Assembly: GCF_006345805.1 (NCBI RefSeq)
Contig: NC_043003.1
Span: 44,702,001 to 44,766,000, forward strand
DNA: 64,000 nucleotides
From: Octopus sinensis
Lineage: Eukaryota
Direction: 5' to 3'
In this document: one piece after another, positions 1-13,661 of the stretch
Numbering within the stretch: the first letter of the stretch is position 1
Layout of the letters: the number at the start of each line of letters is the position of its first letter
Program-made: the position numbers and the translations under genes
Notes under the pieces: model-generated
What the model saw: the letters and a program-made list of their open reading frames with translations, nothing else
What the model was told of the DNA's origin: nothing
The model's database searches: none

Positions 1-719
1 ATATGCCACGAAGTTACCTATGACACATTGATCCACTGGCTATAGGAAAGAAGTTGCATTCTTGGAGATATTCTACTTTCATATTATTACAGTTGTCATT
101 TAATTTAAAGTCTATGTACATTTTCTAAAAGAAATTTCATCTGATTTTATAGACAATTTACCATGTGCACTACTGATTAAGACATAAATACACACGCACA
201 TATGCAAATACACTCATAACACACACATTCACACACGTTTAGTCATCCACACACACAAGCACACACATGCACAGCATGTGTTTGCTTAAGTACTAATGTG
301 TTGTAACCATTTGGATTGAAATGTCGGTGAGATGATAGTGTGGATTATGTGGGTTGCATTGGTTTAGATGTTTGTGACGGTGGGTGTGTATTGTTGTTGT
401 TGTGTTTCTAATTCTATTGTTGGGGCTATGTAGTCTCGAAGCAATCACTGTTGACCTAAGATTAAAGTTATTTCATTGAACGTTTAAAATACACCATGAT
501 TTTATTTGAAATAGACATTGTGGCCTACATCATACTCTATGTTATTGTCGGGAGTTGCATTCGTGTTCATGATAAAAGCTCAGACGGACACGCATATTCA
601 AACACACATTTATCCATCCATTCATCAATCCATACATACATACATTCATACATACATAAATACGGCCATACTTGCGTACATATATAATATCGATCATCAA
701 AGCAGTTTATCATGGTCCA

Positions 720-1655
720 AAAGCCGGATTACTACTTTCCATTTTGTTGGCTACGCGTTTGCAATCTAAGAACAAGAAATATCAACCAATTACCTCATGA
801 ACAAAGGGGATAGAGATGCAGGAAAAGCCGTAAATGTGACAACCGATGCAGACTTTGTGGAGTTCACACTGAAGATCTCACGGACATCATAAGCAGTTGT
901 CTGAAAATGTCATCACGGTATTAATTACCGATGAGACGTGATGTTGTAGCTAGGGCACTCTATTATGAAATCCGTGGGATGGATAATCCCAAGGACAAAG
1001 AACTAAGAACCCACAATGTGTTTGAATCCATAGCCACTCATAATAAAAAGGGATACTTTTTGTAAGCACAACAGACCTGATATAATGATTTGGGATAGAG
1101 GAGAGAAACTTGCGTACAGTTGTAGAAATGAGTTGCTCTGCAGAAGTTGACAAAGCTGAAGATGAGTGGAAAAGTGAACACTTACGTTGAATTATTGAGA
1201 AATCTGCAGTTACTCTATCCAAACAATCAGTTCAGGTTTATAGCGGTAATTATTGGGACCCTGGGATATGTAACACACTGCCTAAATCTCAATCTTGAGA
1301 AATTACGCTTCTCAAAACCAGAAAGGAGAAAGCTAATTCGAAGATTACTGATCCAATCCATCACTGGAACTGTACAAATCTGTAAAACTTTCCATAAGTT
1401 TATCGTTTAAATATACATAAGCATGACTAGATATGCAACTATATGCATGAGAATATATACAAAAAAAAACATACAAATCTGAACATACATACATGCATAC
1501 ATACATATATACATACATATATACATCCATACATACAAACAAAAATACCCTGTTGTTGATGTTAAAATTCTTATCAAAGTGCGTTGGATCTAGGTTAGAA
1601 GCCGGTTTTTCCCTTTTGGCAAGAAACCTTGAAATATACTGAATAAAGACATATA
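720..1655 (+). mobile_element. Degenerate 3' fragment of an RLE-type non-LTR retrotransposon (R4/Dong-like), including 3' UTR ending at (TA)n
   Basis: Hand translation gives GYAFAI, the zinc knuckle CRLCGVHTEDLTDIISSC...RRDVVA (from 847) and CKHNRPDIMIWDR...TVVEMSC (RPD at 1073-1081), the PD..D/E motif of restriction-like endonucleases. ORF 1147-1410 is the C-terminus. Stops and frameshifts present. Homologous to 14820-15410. Confidence 0.75.
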
Positions 1656-1848
1656 TATATATATAGACACAAACATAGTCACACCCATACACACATATAT
1701 AGGGCTAGAAGTATGTATATGTGTACGTATATGCATGTATGTAAGCACGTGTGTGTGGTGTGTGTGCGTGTGCATATGTATATACAAATGTTTATATTTG
1801 TATATGTATCTCTATATGGGAACAAATACATTTGAATGTATACGTACT

Positions 1849-1851
<3 letters not shown>

Positions 1852-1920
<69 letters not shown>
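1852..1920. repeat. (TA)n microsatellite
   Basis: Direct reading; explains the poly-IY ORFs here. Confidence 0.95.
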
Positions 1921-3198
1921 CAGGCATACATTATATTATATTCTTATACATGCGTAGGTATACCTTCAGTGCGTATGTATGAATTTGATTATTCATGAAT
2001 ATTGTTTTGCTAAGGATAAGTGATAAATGGTATTTTCTAGACGCAGGTGTGCCCCTAAACTGACCAGACAGTTCATATTGTATCTTTGCTTTAATTCTAC
2101 CAAGACTATATTTTTCATACAATAAATCCTAATATTTTATGAATACAGACTTGTTTTTAAGTGGTATTTAGTTGCTATTCACAGCTGTGGGAACGATCGT
2201 GTCTATGTTGGTTAATTGACATGTGAATTGAGATACTAACTTTGCTTCTCTCTACGTCAAACACGACATTGTATACGAGCCAGACTCACTCCAGGCAAAA
2301 TTGTACTTTCCAGTTTAAATATATCGTATCAAGCACTACAGTAACAAATGTGACTTCAGAAAAATGTCAGGTAAGGTCAGTGAAATATATTCCAGTTACT
2401 AGCAGAAGATGGAGAAACGTGGTGAACACTTCAGTAGCGGAATTTCAAAGAGGATTCTTTGCTTTCACTGAAAATATTAAGGTTATCTTAATATAGTACT
2501 ATTATTCTGATTTCTAACAAAATATGTTCTCTTGTGTTGTTTGTAATGGCTTACAAGATATAAATGAACACTTGACACTTCGTATTCTTCCGATCTTGGA
2601 TAAAACTAAGAGCCGTGAATTTTATTAGCAGTGCAAGATGTTGCGCATGGATTTATACAGAGACCAAAGTTGCATTAAATGCGCTGTGCATGAATGCATG
2701 TGTGTAAGTGTATATTTTAGAGGAAGAATCCTTGTGCCGAGAGTGTTGCTCCACTCTGTCTCCGAATGCAGTCATGTATGACTCATCACAAAGTCACACA
2801 CTTCTAAGAGTTACGGTCACTTCCATCGAACCACCAGAGCTGCTGGATGCCACCCGCCGATGTAGGCAACAAAACTACCAAATAGCATCATGAACGTTCT
2901 TGAGTGAGATTTTTCAAGTCTGGGATAGATGTTTTTGTCATCCCACACAAGCCACTCAAACATCGACAGCACTGCTCTTGAAAACAGAAAAAAGAACAAA
3001 CAAACATGATCATCAATATCACTACCATACACACAAACAACTATGAATTAATATGATATACATCAGCCCACAACTATTTCAAGCACTAATTAGATCATCC
3101 CACCATAAAACATTCCAATTCGTACTAAAGCCAAGAAGAGAAACAGCTCGAGAATCTTATTAGAAACTAATATATAGCATATAATATATAATATATAC

Positions 3199-3250
<52 letters not shown>

Positions 3251-3354
3251 CTGGGAAGGGCATTATGTCCGTAATAATAAGCACACGCTCTGGTTAGGTC
3301 CTTTATTGTTATTATTGCTATTGTTCAGTATTGTTGTTATATCATTTTTTTTTG

Positions 3355-3398
3355 TCAAATAGCTATTTCATCGCATTGTTGCAATCTCTTCAGATATA
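3355..3398 (-). ncRNA. Degenerate hammerhead-ribozyme-like motif in PLE 3' region
   Basis: Minus strand reads CUGAAGA-G-AUUGCA(ACAA)UGCGAU-GAAA-UAGCUAU: 6-bp helix II and palindromic AUAGCUAU helix III, but helix I does not pair. Confidence 0.35.
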
Positions 3399-4470
3399 AT
3401 TCATTCTACTTCCATTTCTTTTGAACTTATGTTTCAGCGTTGGGATTTGTCGAAGGTATGTGTATGTGTGTTTATGTGTATGTTTGCCCATGGGTCTTTG
3501 TAAGTTCGTATTCTATTGAGAGTATTTACTATTGAAAACCAGTCGTGTTTCGTTTATGAAGACTGACTCCCGTATCTTTCGTAGCGATGCATCATCAGGA
3601 TGTCTAAACAGGATTGCTACGCTAATCCAGTTCAGCATACCACCATACTGTTCTTTGGCATGCTGGTAGAGTATCGAGGTTTGTCTCTGATCCCTATACT
3701 CCCACCAATGTTCAGTTATACGTTCGGCCAAACTTCTCACCGTTTCAGCTATGAATGCAGTCTTCCAGATTTTACAATCACCATCCATGCAGTTTATTCG
3801 GTAAACTACATTTCTGGTTTTGCAGTTGACACCAGGTCTACGTTTGCACACTACACAGTTCTCCTCTGCACATATGGACATTCTGAAGGTGTATGTTTTG
3901 CATATTATTGACTTGATGGATCTTCCTGCATTTCCATCACTTTTATGTTCAACTTGACGATTTTTCAAAATCTGCAGACTAGTTCCGCGTGTGTTGCGGG
4001 TTCCACAAACGTCACCCCTTGGAACATGTCGGCGTTGTACCGCGTGTTCTTTTATTCGTTTTATCATAAATTCTCTGTATTTTATTCCCCTTCATACGAC
4101 AATAACTAGGTTGTCTTCTATCGGCATACATATTAACAATCTCTTCAAATTTCCTGATCGCCTCCCTGTACACTCAGATCCTATCTTTCTGGTTGTATCC
4201 CGAATATTGCATACGATGCATGAATTCTTGTGTGTCTTTCTGTTTCTCCCAGGGTTTGAACAAGGGGTATTTTTTTTTTTCATTATTCTGACTACATCAG
4301 CAATTAATATGTCAATTTTCACATTGTGAGATAGAGTCTAACTCTTATGGAAAACATACCTCGAGGACATGAATTTCCTATAATGTGAGTGGGTGATTTG
4401 AACTTTGTTAGTAACGGTTTCTAGCCAAAGCTCTGTGTCAAGGACATGGAGTCTCTTGTTTGGGCATGTT

Positions 4471-4548
4471 GTTACCCTGATACTTTGGTGTACGGAATTA
4501 GCAATATGTAGTTACCCTGATACTTTGGTGAACGGAATTAGCAATATG
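4471..4548. repeat. 40-bp period tandem duplication inside the PLE RT
   Basis: gttaccctgatactttggtg(t/a)acggaattagcaatatg occurs at 4471 and 4511. Confidence 0.9.
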
Positions 4549-6458
4549 CTGGATGCTTTCTATCATGATCCTCTCGTTCTCTTCAGTCTGACTGTTCAAT
4601 GGTGTCTTGACTATGATGTTGATGTCATCCACAAATCGACCGTATAGTCTAATTGCTACTGAGTTTTTCTGTCGTAACCAGGTCGTGAATAGGTCCGCCA
4701 CGTACCCAGCCTCACTGATACCGACGGCCGCCCTCTGGACTTGCATATATAGTTTCTCATTGAATTTAACTATATGGTTCTGTAGGCTGATCTTTAAATA
4801 TTATTCGACTGTATGTGCAATCGTTTTCAGTGACTGGGTGTGATCCCTTGGGTCGAGGAGGGCGGGTGCATTCCATCTACTCCAGTGCTCCATCAAGGTT
4901 TTTCTAGCTGCTGATGTGATTGTGAGTAGTCTACCTCGTACCAACCTGGTAGGGCAAAATCTAATTAGGTCGTGGTGATCAAAGTATTTTCTACCGTAAA
5001 TGAGCTTCAGGAGGAGGCCCAGTTCTCACGAGTTCACCTCACGGAAGACTACTTCGTTCTCAGAGGCAATTTCCACACATCATTCTACAGCAAACTCAAT
5101 GTCGATAGAAGGGTAAAGGGATACCACATGCACACTGCCTACCATACAACAATCTGTTATGTCGTGGGAGCTATTACATTAAGAAGAAGTGGTAATTACA
5201 TCCTCATGCCAAACATGACTTCACTAAAAAATTGCTGTGTGAGTGCACGTGACCTCGTGTTGCCTTAGAAGTAGAGTCCCATGATCAGCGACCTCAGGTG
5301 ACTAGGTATTATTATGTTGGCTGTCAACGGAAGCAAAATATCGGATGGACGAAGTTTCGCATCTACCTATAATGGCTACAAATTGTATATATTTCGTAGT
5401 GAGACAGGAATGAATCAGAATGTAGCCGTGTTATCCAGGGTGAAAAACGGTGCTGTTGGTTGTTTCAAACGCCAAAGGCGATATCGTCTTATCAGTTGCC
5501 GGAGAGGCTATATTTCTTCAGCCAACACAGATCACAAATGTGAGACCTGTACCTCTATCACGACAGATTCCATAGGCAGCTCCCTGATTACTGGAAGATA
5601 AACTCATCATTTGCAGTACCAAGGCATACAGAGTCCGAAATATCAAATTAGTTAAGCGAACGTAGACGGAGTAATTGTCAACAATTGTTGGTCTGACTTG
5701 TAAAGTGTGATTGTAGTAGAATAGAACAAATTTAATGGGAGAGGGAGAAAATTAAATGGGAGAGGGATTATTTAGAAACGTATAAGATACATGTAGGTAA
5801 GGTATTGCAACAAACATTATGCAGCGTCCTTATCCAATTCATGAATGCGAGGCAGTATGTTTATCAGACTTAAGGAGGGTTCCCTAGGATCCCTAGAAAT
5901 GAAAGCATTTCGAAGCATCGGAATGACAGAGGGATGCAATTTTGTCTTTGGTGTGCCACGATGTATGTTTGCTATTTGATTGCAAGGAAATGTTTGCGAC
6001 TCCTCAGCAGAAGTTGCCCGAATTGCTTAATATGTGTAACGTGCCTAATCGCAACGTTCATTGCAGTGCCTAACCCGACGACCTGTCATGACTGTCGGTA
6101 GCACTGTCGAAGTGTTCTGCGAGATGGAAAACTGCCACTAAAATAATAGATGACCTACATTGCTGCATGACTAGAAAATCGCCTGAATTGCATGATTTTT
6201 CATACCAGACTCCGACTAGTGATCCCGTCATTTTTGGTGACCTCTTATTAGATTTCTGTCGCAACATGCAGAGGAATCTTATTTCCGAGTTGTATCACTT
6301 TTCAGAAAAGACCCGAACGAAGAGGTTAGACTAGACATTTTTGGCCTATAAAATCTGCAAAACGAGTTCTTTTACATTTGGAAAATGTAGCTGATGGAAG
6401 TCACGTATCTTACACATGCAAGAAACGTCTAGTAATGCATAGCGGTAATGAAGATCAA

Positions 6459-6689
6459 GGCGGCGAGCTGGCAGAAACGTTAGCGCGACATGCGAAATGC
6501 TTAGCGGTATTTCGTCTGTCGCAACGTTCTGAGTTCAAATTCCGCCGAGGTCGACTTTGCCTTTCATCCTTTCGGGGTCGATAAATTAAGTACCAGTTAC
6601 TCACTGGGGTCGATGTAATCGACTTAATACCTATGTCTGTCCTTGTTTGTCCCCTCTGTGTTTAGCCCCTTGTGGGTAATAAAGAAATA
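6459..6689 (+). mobile_element. tRNA-derived SINE, type A (ggcggcgagctggcagaa...), full length with 15-bp TSD
   Basis: B-box gagttcaaattcc, core ggggtcgataaattaagtaccag. ggtaatgaagatcaa is repeated at 6444-6458 and 6690-6704. Five further copies in the window. Confidence 0.9.
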
Positions 6690-7011
6690 GGTAATGAAGA
6701 TCAAATGGCTGGTGTGTTTCGGAGGACTTTCTGTTGATAGTGTTATAGAAATTACTGACCTCGCTTTGCTAGCAGGTCATTGTTGTATCGAGATAACCTT
6801 TGTAATTACGACTACGCCTACAGCCATGCGAGCCTGAGGTATATATAGAGCGGGAAAACATTTCTGCACACTTTCATCCAATGCCTGAACATCACCGACT
6901 TATCGGTTTATATCGAGCACTTTGTGTTATGAGTAGGAGAGACTCAGGTATCTTTTGACCCTACTTTCAAGGTAACCACTGGGATGAGCTAGTATTATAT
7001 TTCTGTATCGT

Positions 7012-7228
7012 AAGATGGCAAGTTGTCAGAATCGTTAGCACGCCGGGAAAATTGCTTAGGGCCATTTCGTCCGACTTTACGTTTTGCGTTCAAATTCCCC
7101 CGAGGTCGACTTTGCCACTCACCCTTCCGGGGTCGATAAATTTAGTATCAGTGAAATACAGGTTGATGTAATCGACTAGTCCTCTCTCACCAAAACTTAG
7201 ACCCTCTGCCTTTAGTAGGAAGGGTTAT
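7012..7228 (+). mobile_element. SINE type A, diverged, short-tail variant
   Basis: Alignable to 6459-6689 through ggggtcgataaa...gatgtaatcgact, then a different 3' tail. Confidence 0.8.
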
Positions 7229-8383
7229 TTAACTGTCTACTGGCGGTGGCGATAGAGGCTGTATGGTGGACAAAATTGAAAATGTTTGATAGGAAAAACA
7301 GTTTCTTCTTAAGTTACAGTTCAGAAAGTAACTGAGTGTGCAGTTATATATTACCTCCTAGCAAGTTCGTTAACAGATGCATCAGTGTGGTGTGCAGTGC
7401 TCGTGTGAAAATCTTTTATATTGGTGGAGAATTGAAATGTTCTGTAGCATACTTTAAATATTCACGAAAACCTTGTTAATTGTACTTTTCTGAGGTTTAA
7501 GAGACTTAATGTTTTTGCATATCTTGGCGAATGTTCATTATTTGAAACGTCTTTTTGTTATCTCATTCTTTTAGTTGCAAATCCGTTTACATCTGCAAAT
7601 TGATTAAAATCTGCAAAATTATCTCCAGTTTTCACAAATACTATTCTACATTTTCTTTCTAAGTAAGTTTTGCTAACACTATACAGGAAAAGCTCTCATA
7701 CTAATGTATTGAAGCTGGTAAGACGACCTAACAGAATGTTTAGTACAGCGGCCAAGATGCATAACGGCATTACGTCAATCCCCACGTTCTGACTACAAGT
7801 TAGGTATTTATATTCCTTCTCAATCTTCTATATACTGTAAACAAATTCCAGTCATAAAGGAAAAACTGATTAAATCTTCCTTTTCAATATGCATTATCTA
7901 ATGATAAAGCAACTTCCCGTAAGTATTTATACATATTTAATTAAATTATCACCTGAAAGAATGAAAGTAGTATCTATTCATGCAATGATTTTAGCTGCTT
8001 AAAAGATATTTTAACATTGCTGCTTTACAATTTTTTTCTACTGTACTTCACTTTTCGGTAGTCTGTTATTCTAACGAAGAAAAATCTATGTTTAATTAAA
8101 GAGGGAATATTTGTTTTCACTCGACGTCCAAATACAAATATTGCTACGCATGCTATATCAAGGTAGTGTGTGTAAATATAAACGCATGCATAAGTATTGG
8201 TCAAAATATATTCATATCAACATGCGTCTAGATAAGTATAAATATTTCTATACTTTTTTCTTTCAAGTTATCTACTTGAATTTATTTCTGTCATTCAACT
8301 ATAATTCTCTACGAACATATAAACGGAAGCATCTATACACAGAAAACACACATATAAGTGTGTATATGAGTAGGCATTTATTC

Positions 8384-8387
<4 letters not shown>

Positions 8388-8468
<81 letters not shown>
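8388..8468. repeat. (TA)n microsatellite
   Basis: Direct reading. Confidence 0.95.
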
Positions 8469-8475
<7 letters not shown>

Positions 8476-9256
8476 GCAAATATGTTTGTGTGTGTGTATG
8501 TGTATAAATTCTATGTAACTTTTACCTGTACTCCTAGTTGTAAGAGTGTGTACGACGCAGCCTGTGAACATGAGTGCGTTTTCTTTCCAGATTCTTTGTG
8601 TCACTCTGTACTCGTTTTATAATGTATATGAATGTGCATATGTTTGACTGCATTTCTACCAATGATGTCGTTTTAGCTTTGCTTTCTTCCCATTTTTAGT
8701 TATGTTTATTTTTTTTTATGTTTCCTTACTGCTATTTCTCATTCCGGATGCTCATATTGTTGTCGTTGTTGCCGGTTACAATTGTTGTTTATATTCAATC
8801 TTCTGCTTGAATGTATATTTTTACATTCGTTTTATATAATTTTTTCAATCTCGTTTTATGTACATTTTAGTAGGTTTTATGTCAAGTTTTTCCGGGAATT
8901 TTTACTTTATTTCAATTGCAAGCATAACTCTATAAAACATGCATTAATGGCAAAGCTGAAGACAGTTTTATGTCATCTTTGATATGCATTTTAGAATGTT
9001 TTCTATAGGAGTGACATGCATAGAATTTTACGCCTACTCATTCAATGGGTTATACATCAACTACTTCGCATGCAAAAAGTGAGCGATACAAAGATATATC
9101 CACATGCAATAAATACAAACATATAAGTAAGTATGCTTTGCATGTAAATGCACAAGCGCGCGCATACATACACATATGTTTATATCAATGTACATTTGAC
9201 TACGTTTCTTTCTCATTCTCTCTCACTCAGTCAGTCAGTCACTCTGTCTACCCCAA

Positions 9257-9271
9257 CTCTCTCTCTCTCTC

Positions 9272-9311
<40 letters not shown>

Positions 9312-9354
9312 TATTTACAGATATACATATATATATATATATATATATACATAC

Positions 9355-9409
<55 letters not shown>

Positions 9410-9530
9410 CATATACATATATATGCATATACATTTATATACAGGTATATATACATATATGTACAGATACATATACATATTCCTATATATACAGGTATTT
9501 ACAGATATAAATACACATATATATCTATAC

Positions 9531-9593
<63 letters not shown>

Positions 9594-9640
9594 TATAATA
9601 TATATATATATACATACATACATACATGCATACATACACA
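9257..9640. repeat. Compound (CT)n/(TA)n/(TACA)n microsatellite
   Basis: Direct reading. Confidence 0.9.
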
Positions 9641-10204
9641 CGCATCTATATATGTATGATGTATGTATCTATAGTGAATAGATTGTACGTGTTTTGCAGG
9701 ATAAGGTAGGTTATATTATGTACCTGATGCTTAAAATCTTCAACAGGAGTCATAGTGACGGTCACTCTCTCTAATAAAATAGAATGATAAATAACATTGC
9801 ACTTTTTTCCTTTAATGCACAGGATTCAAATATAGTCATAAAAACGTGTTTTTTTCTTTTGTAAAATGTGTTATATACATAATCCTCAATATAAGCCAAT
9901 ATAACTATATCTATTCATCGTATAAATCTTCATCCATCTCGCTGTACAGTTGAGTTTGTATATATGTATCGATTTTCGCAAATCTAGTGCCTAGTAACAG
10001 AATCTATCACTAAACCCTACAGTAAGGCCAACAGTAACACACTGAAACTTCGAATATCGACCCTCACACACTCCTTTCGTAAAAAAAAATAATACTTGTA
10101 GCGAACACATTACTCTCTGAAGAAATTCATTTACTTTAATACTAGAACATCTACCATGAGATTAAATGTTCCATCCTGGGTAAAGCAAAGCCCAACCCTG
10201 TGTG

Positions 10205-11347
10205 GTAAATCCTTAAAAATTCTTTAAAATGTTTAAGCCCGAAGGCCGCGGCCATGCTGGTGCACCACCGCTGAATGAGCTACACTGATATGGGAATCCA
10301 CCTCTGATACGTGGCACTTGATCAACAAGGGAGTTCGATGCTGCTGCCCGCATCTGCGTCTCCTATCGTGAGGTAGGTTCATCTGGGACTCCCGACAAGA
10401 GGAGATCCAGTTTAGTTTTAAAGAAACCCACATCGACAACATGTAAATCTCTCAGGCATTTAGGGAGGATGTTAAAGAGCTGTGGTCCTCTGAAACCCAA
10501 GCTGTTGCAGTATCTGGACCTGTATTTTGATGGTGATGTTGGAATCTTTGGCACCATGCAGTGGGGCCCCGTTCTGCGGTTGGGGTAACTTTGAATGTCA
10601 AAGTTTGGGACAAGACCCTCCAGGATTTTCCAGATGTATATCACCGCATATCTCTCTCGCCTCCGCTCTAGGGAGAAGAGGTTAAATACTTTCAGTCTTT
10701 CCCAGTAGCTGATATTTTGCATTGAGACGATCTTCTTTGTGTAGCTTCTCTGAATTGCTTCGAGTTCTGCTGTTAGTTTTATATTGTTTGGTGACCATAG
10801 TTGGGAGCAGTAGTCCAAGCGGCTGAGGACGAATGTTTTCCAGAGGAACATCAGTATCTCCTTCTCTCTTGTTCTGAAACTTCGGAGAATCCATCCAGCT
10901 AGCCGTCTGCATTTTATCACCAGATTAGTAATATGCACTTGGAAAGATGCATCATTGCTCATGTCAATGTCCAGGTCACGCACTGATTTTGACTCAGGGA
11001 TTGCAATTCTTCCTGGGCCAGTGTATCCAGTCTGCACGTCGTTTACCTTTGTGTGCCGGTAGCGCAGGGCCTGGAACTTACCTGCAGTAAACTGCATGTT
11101 GTTGTCCTCAGCCCACCTGTATATTGTATCCAACTCATGTTGCAGATGCGCAATATTATCAGGGTTTTGTATTGTGTGGGAGACTTTTGTGTCGTCTGCA
11201 TAGCTAGGAAGGGTGGCCATCGTAGCAGCTGGAGGCATGTCTGAAAGGGCCACTATGAACAGCAGTGGCCCCAAGACAGTGCCCTATGGAACACCGCTTG
11301 TTATTTGTGTTTCCTTGGAGGTGGCTCCATTGCTCACAACTGCCTGT
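10205..11347 (-). mobile_element. 5'-truncated CR1-group LINE (RT C-terminal half and 3' UTR)
   Basis: SGVP*GTVLGPLLF (probably CAG>TAG), YADDTK, SRLDYCSQLWSP, YWERLKVFNLFSLERRRERY. The 3' end lies at ~10205-10270. Confidence 0.92.
10363..11274 (-). pseudogene. Reverse transcriptase fragment (LINE ORF2), 303 aa between premature stops
   Basis: ORF track. Upstream TAG in the SGVPQG motif; downstream TAG where the copy at 16023-16532 reads DEPTSRQ. Confidence 0.85.
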
Positions 11348-11742
11348 AATATGAGATTTTGTAAACCCTGCGCCTGGCAAAACCTTGAAATTCAATTCGG
11401 TGATAGGAACAACGTCCCAAAGAAACACCATTAACATATCGTCGTAAACATAAGTTAAAACTTGCTTCTTAGAATTATATGAGAGAAAACGGTGTGCCCC
11501 AAAATACAATCTGAAATTCATGAATGGGTTTATTTATGACTTATTTTTATCTATTGTACACTATATATATTACATGTTTTTCTCTATTTTCTATGATCGC
11601 ATTTCATTGATTATTTTCTTAATATTTTTGACAATCTTACTTGAAATCATCTCATCGTTAGTATATTTTTGCATACCTTATATATTTGGCCCTCGTCCAA
11701 TCTGCTCCTACAGTTAGTATGTATAGTCACTACTGTATATAT

Positions 11743-11744
<2 letters not shown>

Positions 11745-11781
<37 letters not shown>

Positions 11782-11799
11782 TAGATAGATAGATAGATA
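11745..11799. repeat. (TA)n(GATA)n microsatellite flanking the PLE fragment
   Basis: Direct reading. Confidence 0.9.
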
Positions 11800-11970
11800 A
11801 GAAAGTTTGTTTGGTAAAGCACGTGGGTGAATATATAAGAAAATAGTAAAGTGTGAAAAAACGACAGAAGGCTTAAATGTTAAAAAATATATATATTTGT
11901 GTCAAAATGTCTGGAGAATATTGGAAAAATTTTTTCCTTTCTTTAAAATGACATAATTTTAAAATATTTA

Positions 11971-12010
11971 AAGAAATTACCGGTTTCGCGTGTAGCTTTT
12001 CAAATTTCTT
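11971..12010 (-). ncRNA. Minimal type-I hammerhead ribozyme, U3-A8 core variant
   Basis: AAGAAAU-UUGAAAA-GC(UACAC)GC-GAAA-CCG-GUA-AUUUCUU: 7-bp helix I, 2-bp helix II, palindromic ACCGGU helix III, GUA cleavage triplet. Confidence 0.7.
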
Positions 12011-12602
12011 GTGACGTTATGTTTATATTGCATGGAGTTATCGTTGTGTTTATTAACAGGAAATTTCTAAATAAGGGGAGGTAGTGAGTGATTTCTTCCG
12101 GTGTAAGGGAGATAATCGCTTAAAAATTTTTTTTTCCCTTTTCCTTGTTAATTTCTCTGTGTCAGTATGTTCGGATGGTTGAGTCTGGGTTTGTACTTTT
12201 CAATGAAGAATGTTTCCTTGTTCAGTCTCATTTGTGTTGATGATCCGAAAGCACATTGGTAAAATGGGAAGATTAAAAATTGTGGCAGTATTTGCTTTGC
12301 GCATTTCTCAATGTGCTCACTAAAAGGTATCATTCTATATTCTGGGAATGCAATCTGTTGTCGATGCAGTGTGCATCTACGCCTGAGTGATAGTCCCGTT
12401 GAACCCACGTAGTCTTGGTGGCAGCTCGAGCATTTAATAACATAAATTATGTTTTCAGAGGCACAAGTAAAGTTAGATTTGATCTAATTTTTAAGCGATT
12501 ATCTCCCTTACACCGGAAGAAATCACTCACTACCTCCCCTTATTTAGAAATTCCTGTTAATAAACACAACGATAACTCCATGCAATATAAACATAACGTC
12601 AC

Positions 12603-12641
12603 AAGAAATTGAAAAGCTACACGCGAAACCGGTAATTTCTT
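12603..12641 (+). ncRNA. Second copy of the minimal hammerhead motif in the inverted arm
   Basis: aagaaattgaaaagctacacgcgaaaccggtaatttctt; lacks one T of helix I relative to 11971-12010. Confidence 0.55.
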
Positions 12642-12773
12642 TAATATTTTAAAATTATGTCATTTTAAGAAAGGAAAAAAATTTTTCCAATATTCTCCAG
12701 ACATTTTGACACAAATATATATATTTTTTAACATTTAAGCCTTCTATCGTTTTTTCACACTTTACTATTTTCT

Positions 12774-13302
<529 letters not shown>

Positions 13303-13509
13303 ATGTATTTGGATCTACAGGTTGCGCACGTGTGTACGTGTCTTTTTATACGCATGTATATATGCGCTTGTGTTTCGTGTCTGTGTGTGAATGAGTGTAT
13401 GTGTGTGTACGCGTCTGCATATATGTATGCGTATGTCTGCACATATATGTATGGATATAGTTGTATATATATTTATCTATATGACGATCTATGTATCTAT
13501 CTATCCATC

Positions 13510-13602
<93 letters not shown>

Positions 13603-13603
13603 A

Positions 13604-13652
<49 letters not shown>
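13510..13652. repeat. (TA)n microsatellite
   Basis: Direct reading. Confidence 0.95.
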
Positions 13653-13654
<2 letters not shown>

Positions 13655-13661
13655 AAATAAA

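Larger units (their letters stand above)
3260..5640 (-). mobile_element. Degenerate Penelope-like element (RT + GIY-YIG endonuclease)
   Basis: Minus strand gives LQNHIVKFNEKLYMQVQRAAVG...ADLF...LYGRFVDDINII (PLE RT, ORF 4498-4746), NKRLHVLD, and NVVYRINC...FIAETVRSLAERITEH (GIY-YIG, ORF 3513-4067). Weaker upstream RT-like motifs (TLYAL near 5620, VDAKLRPSDI near 5350) set the 5' extent, which is uncertain. Confidence 0.85.

Noticed and set aside
2700-3030. Moderately GC-rich island with short ORFs on both strands
   Set aside because: No recognisable motif in any frame; multiple stops.
4972-5601. Plus-strand ORFs of 98 and 95 aa, and a Gypsy-like PLRQLI/IYGRK resemblance on the minus strand
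   Set aside because: Better explained as the decayed upstream part of the adjacent PLE; the Gypsy similarity is fragmentary.
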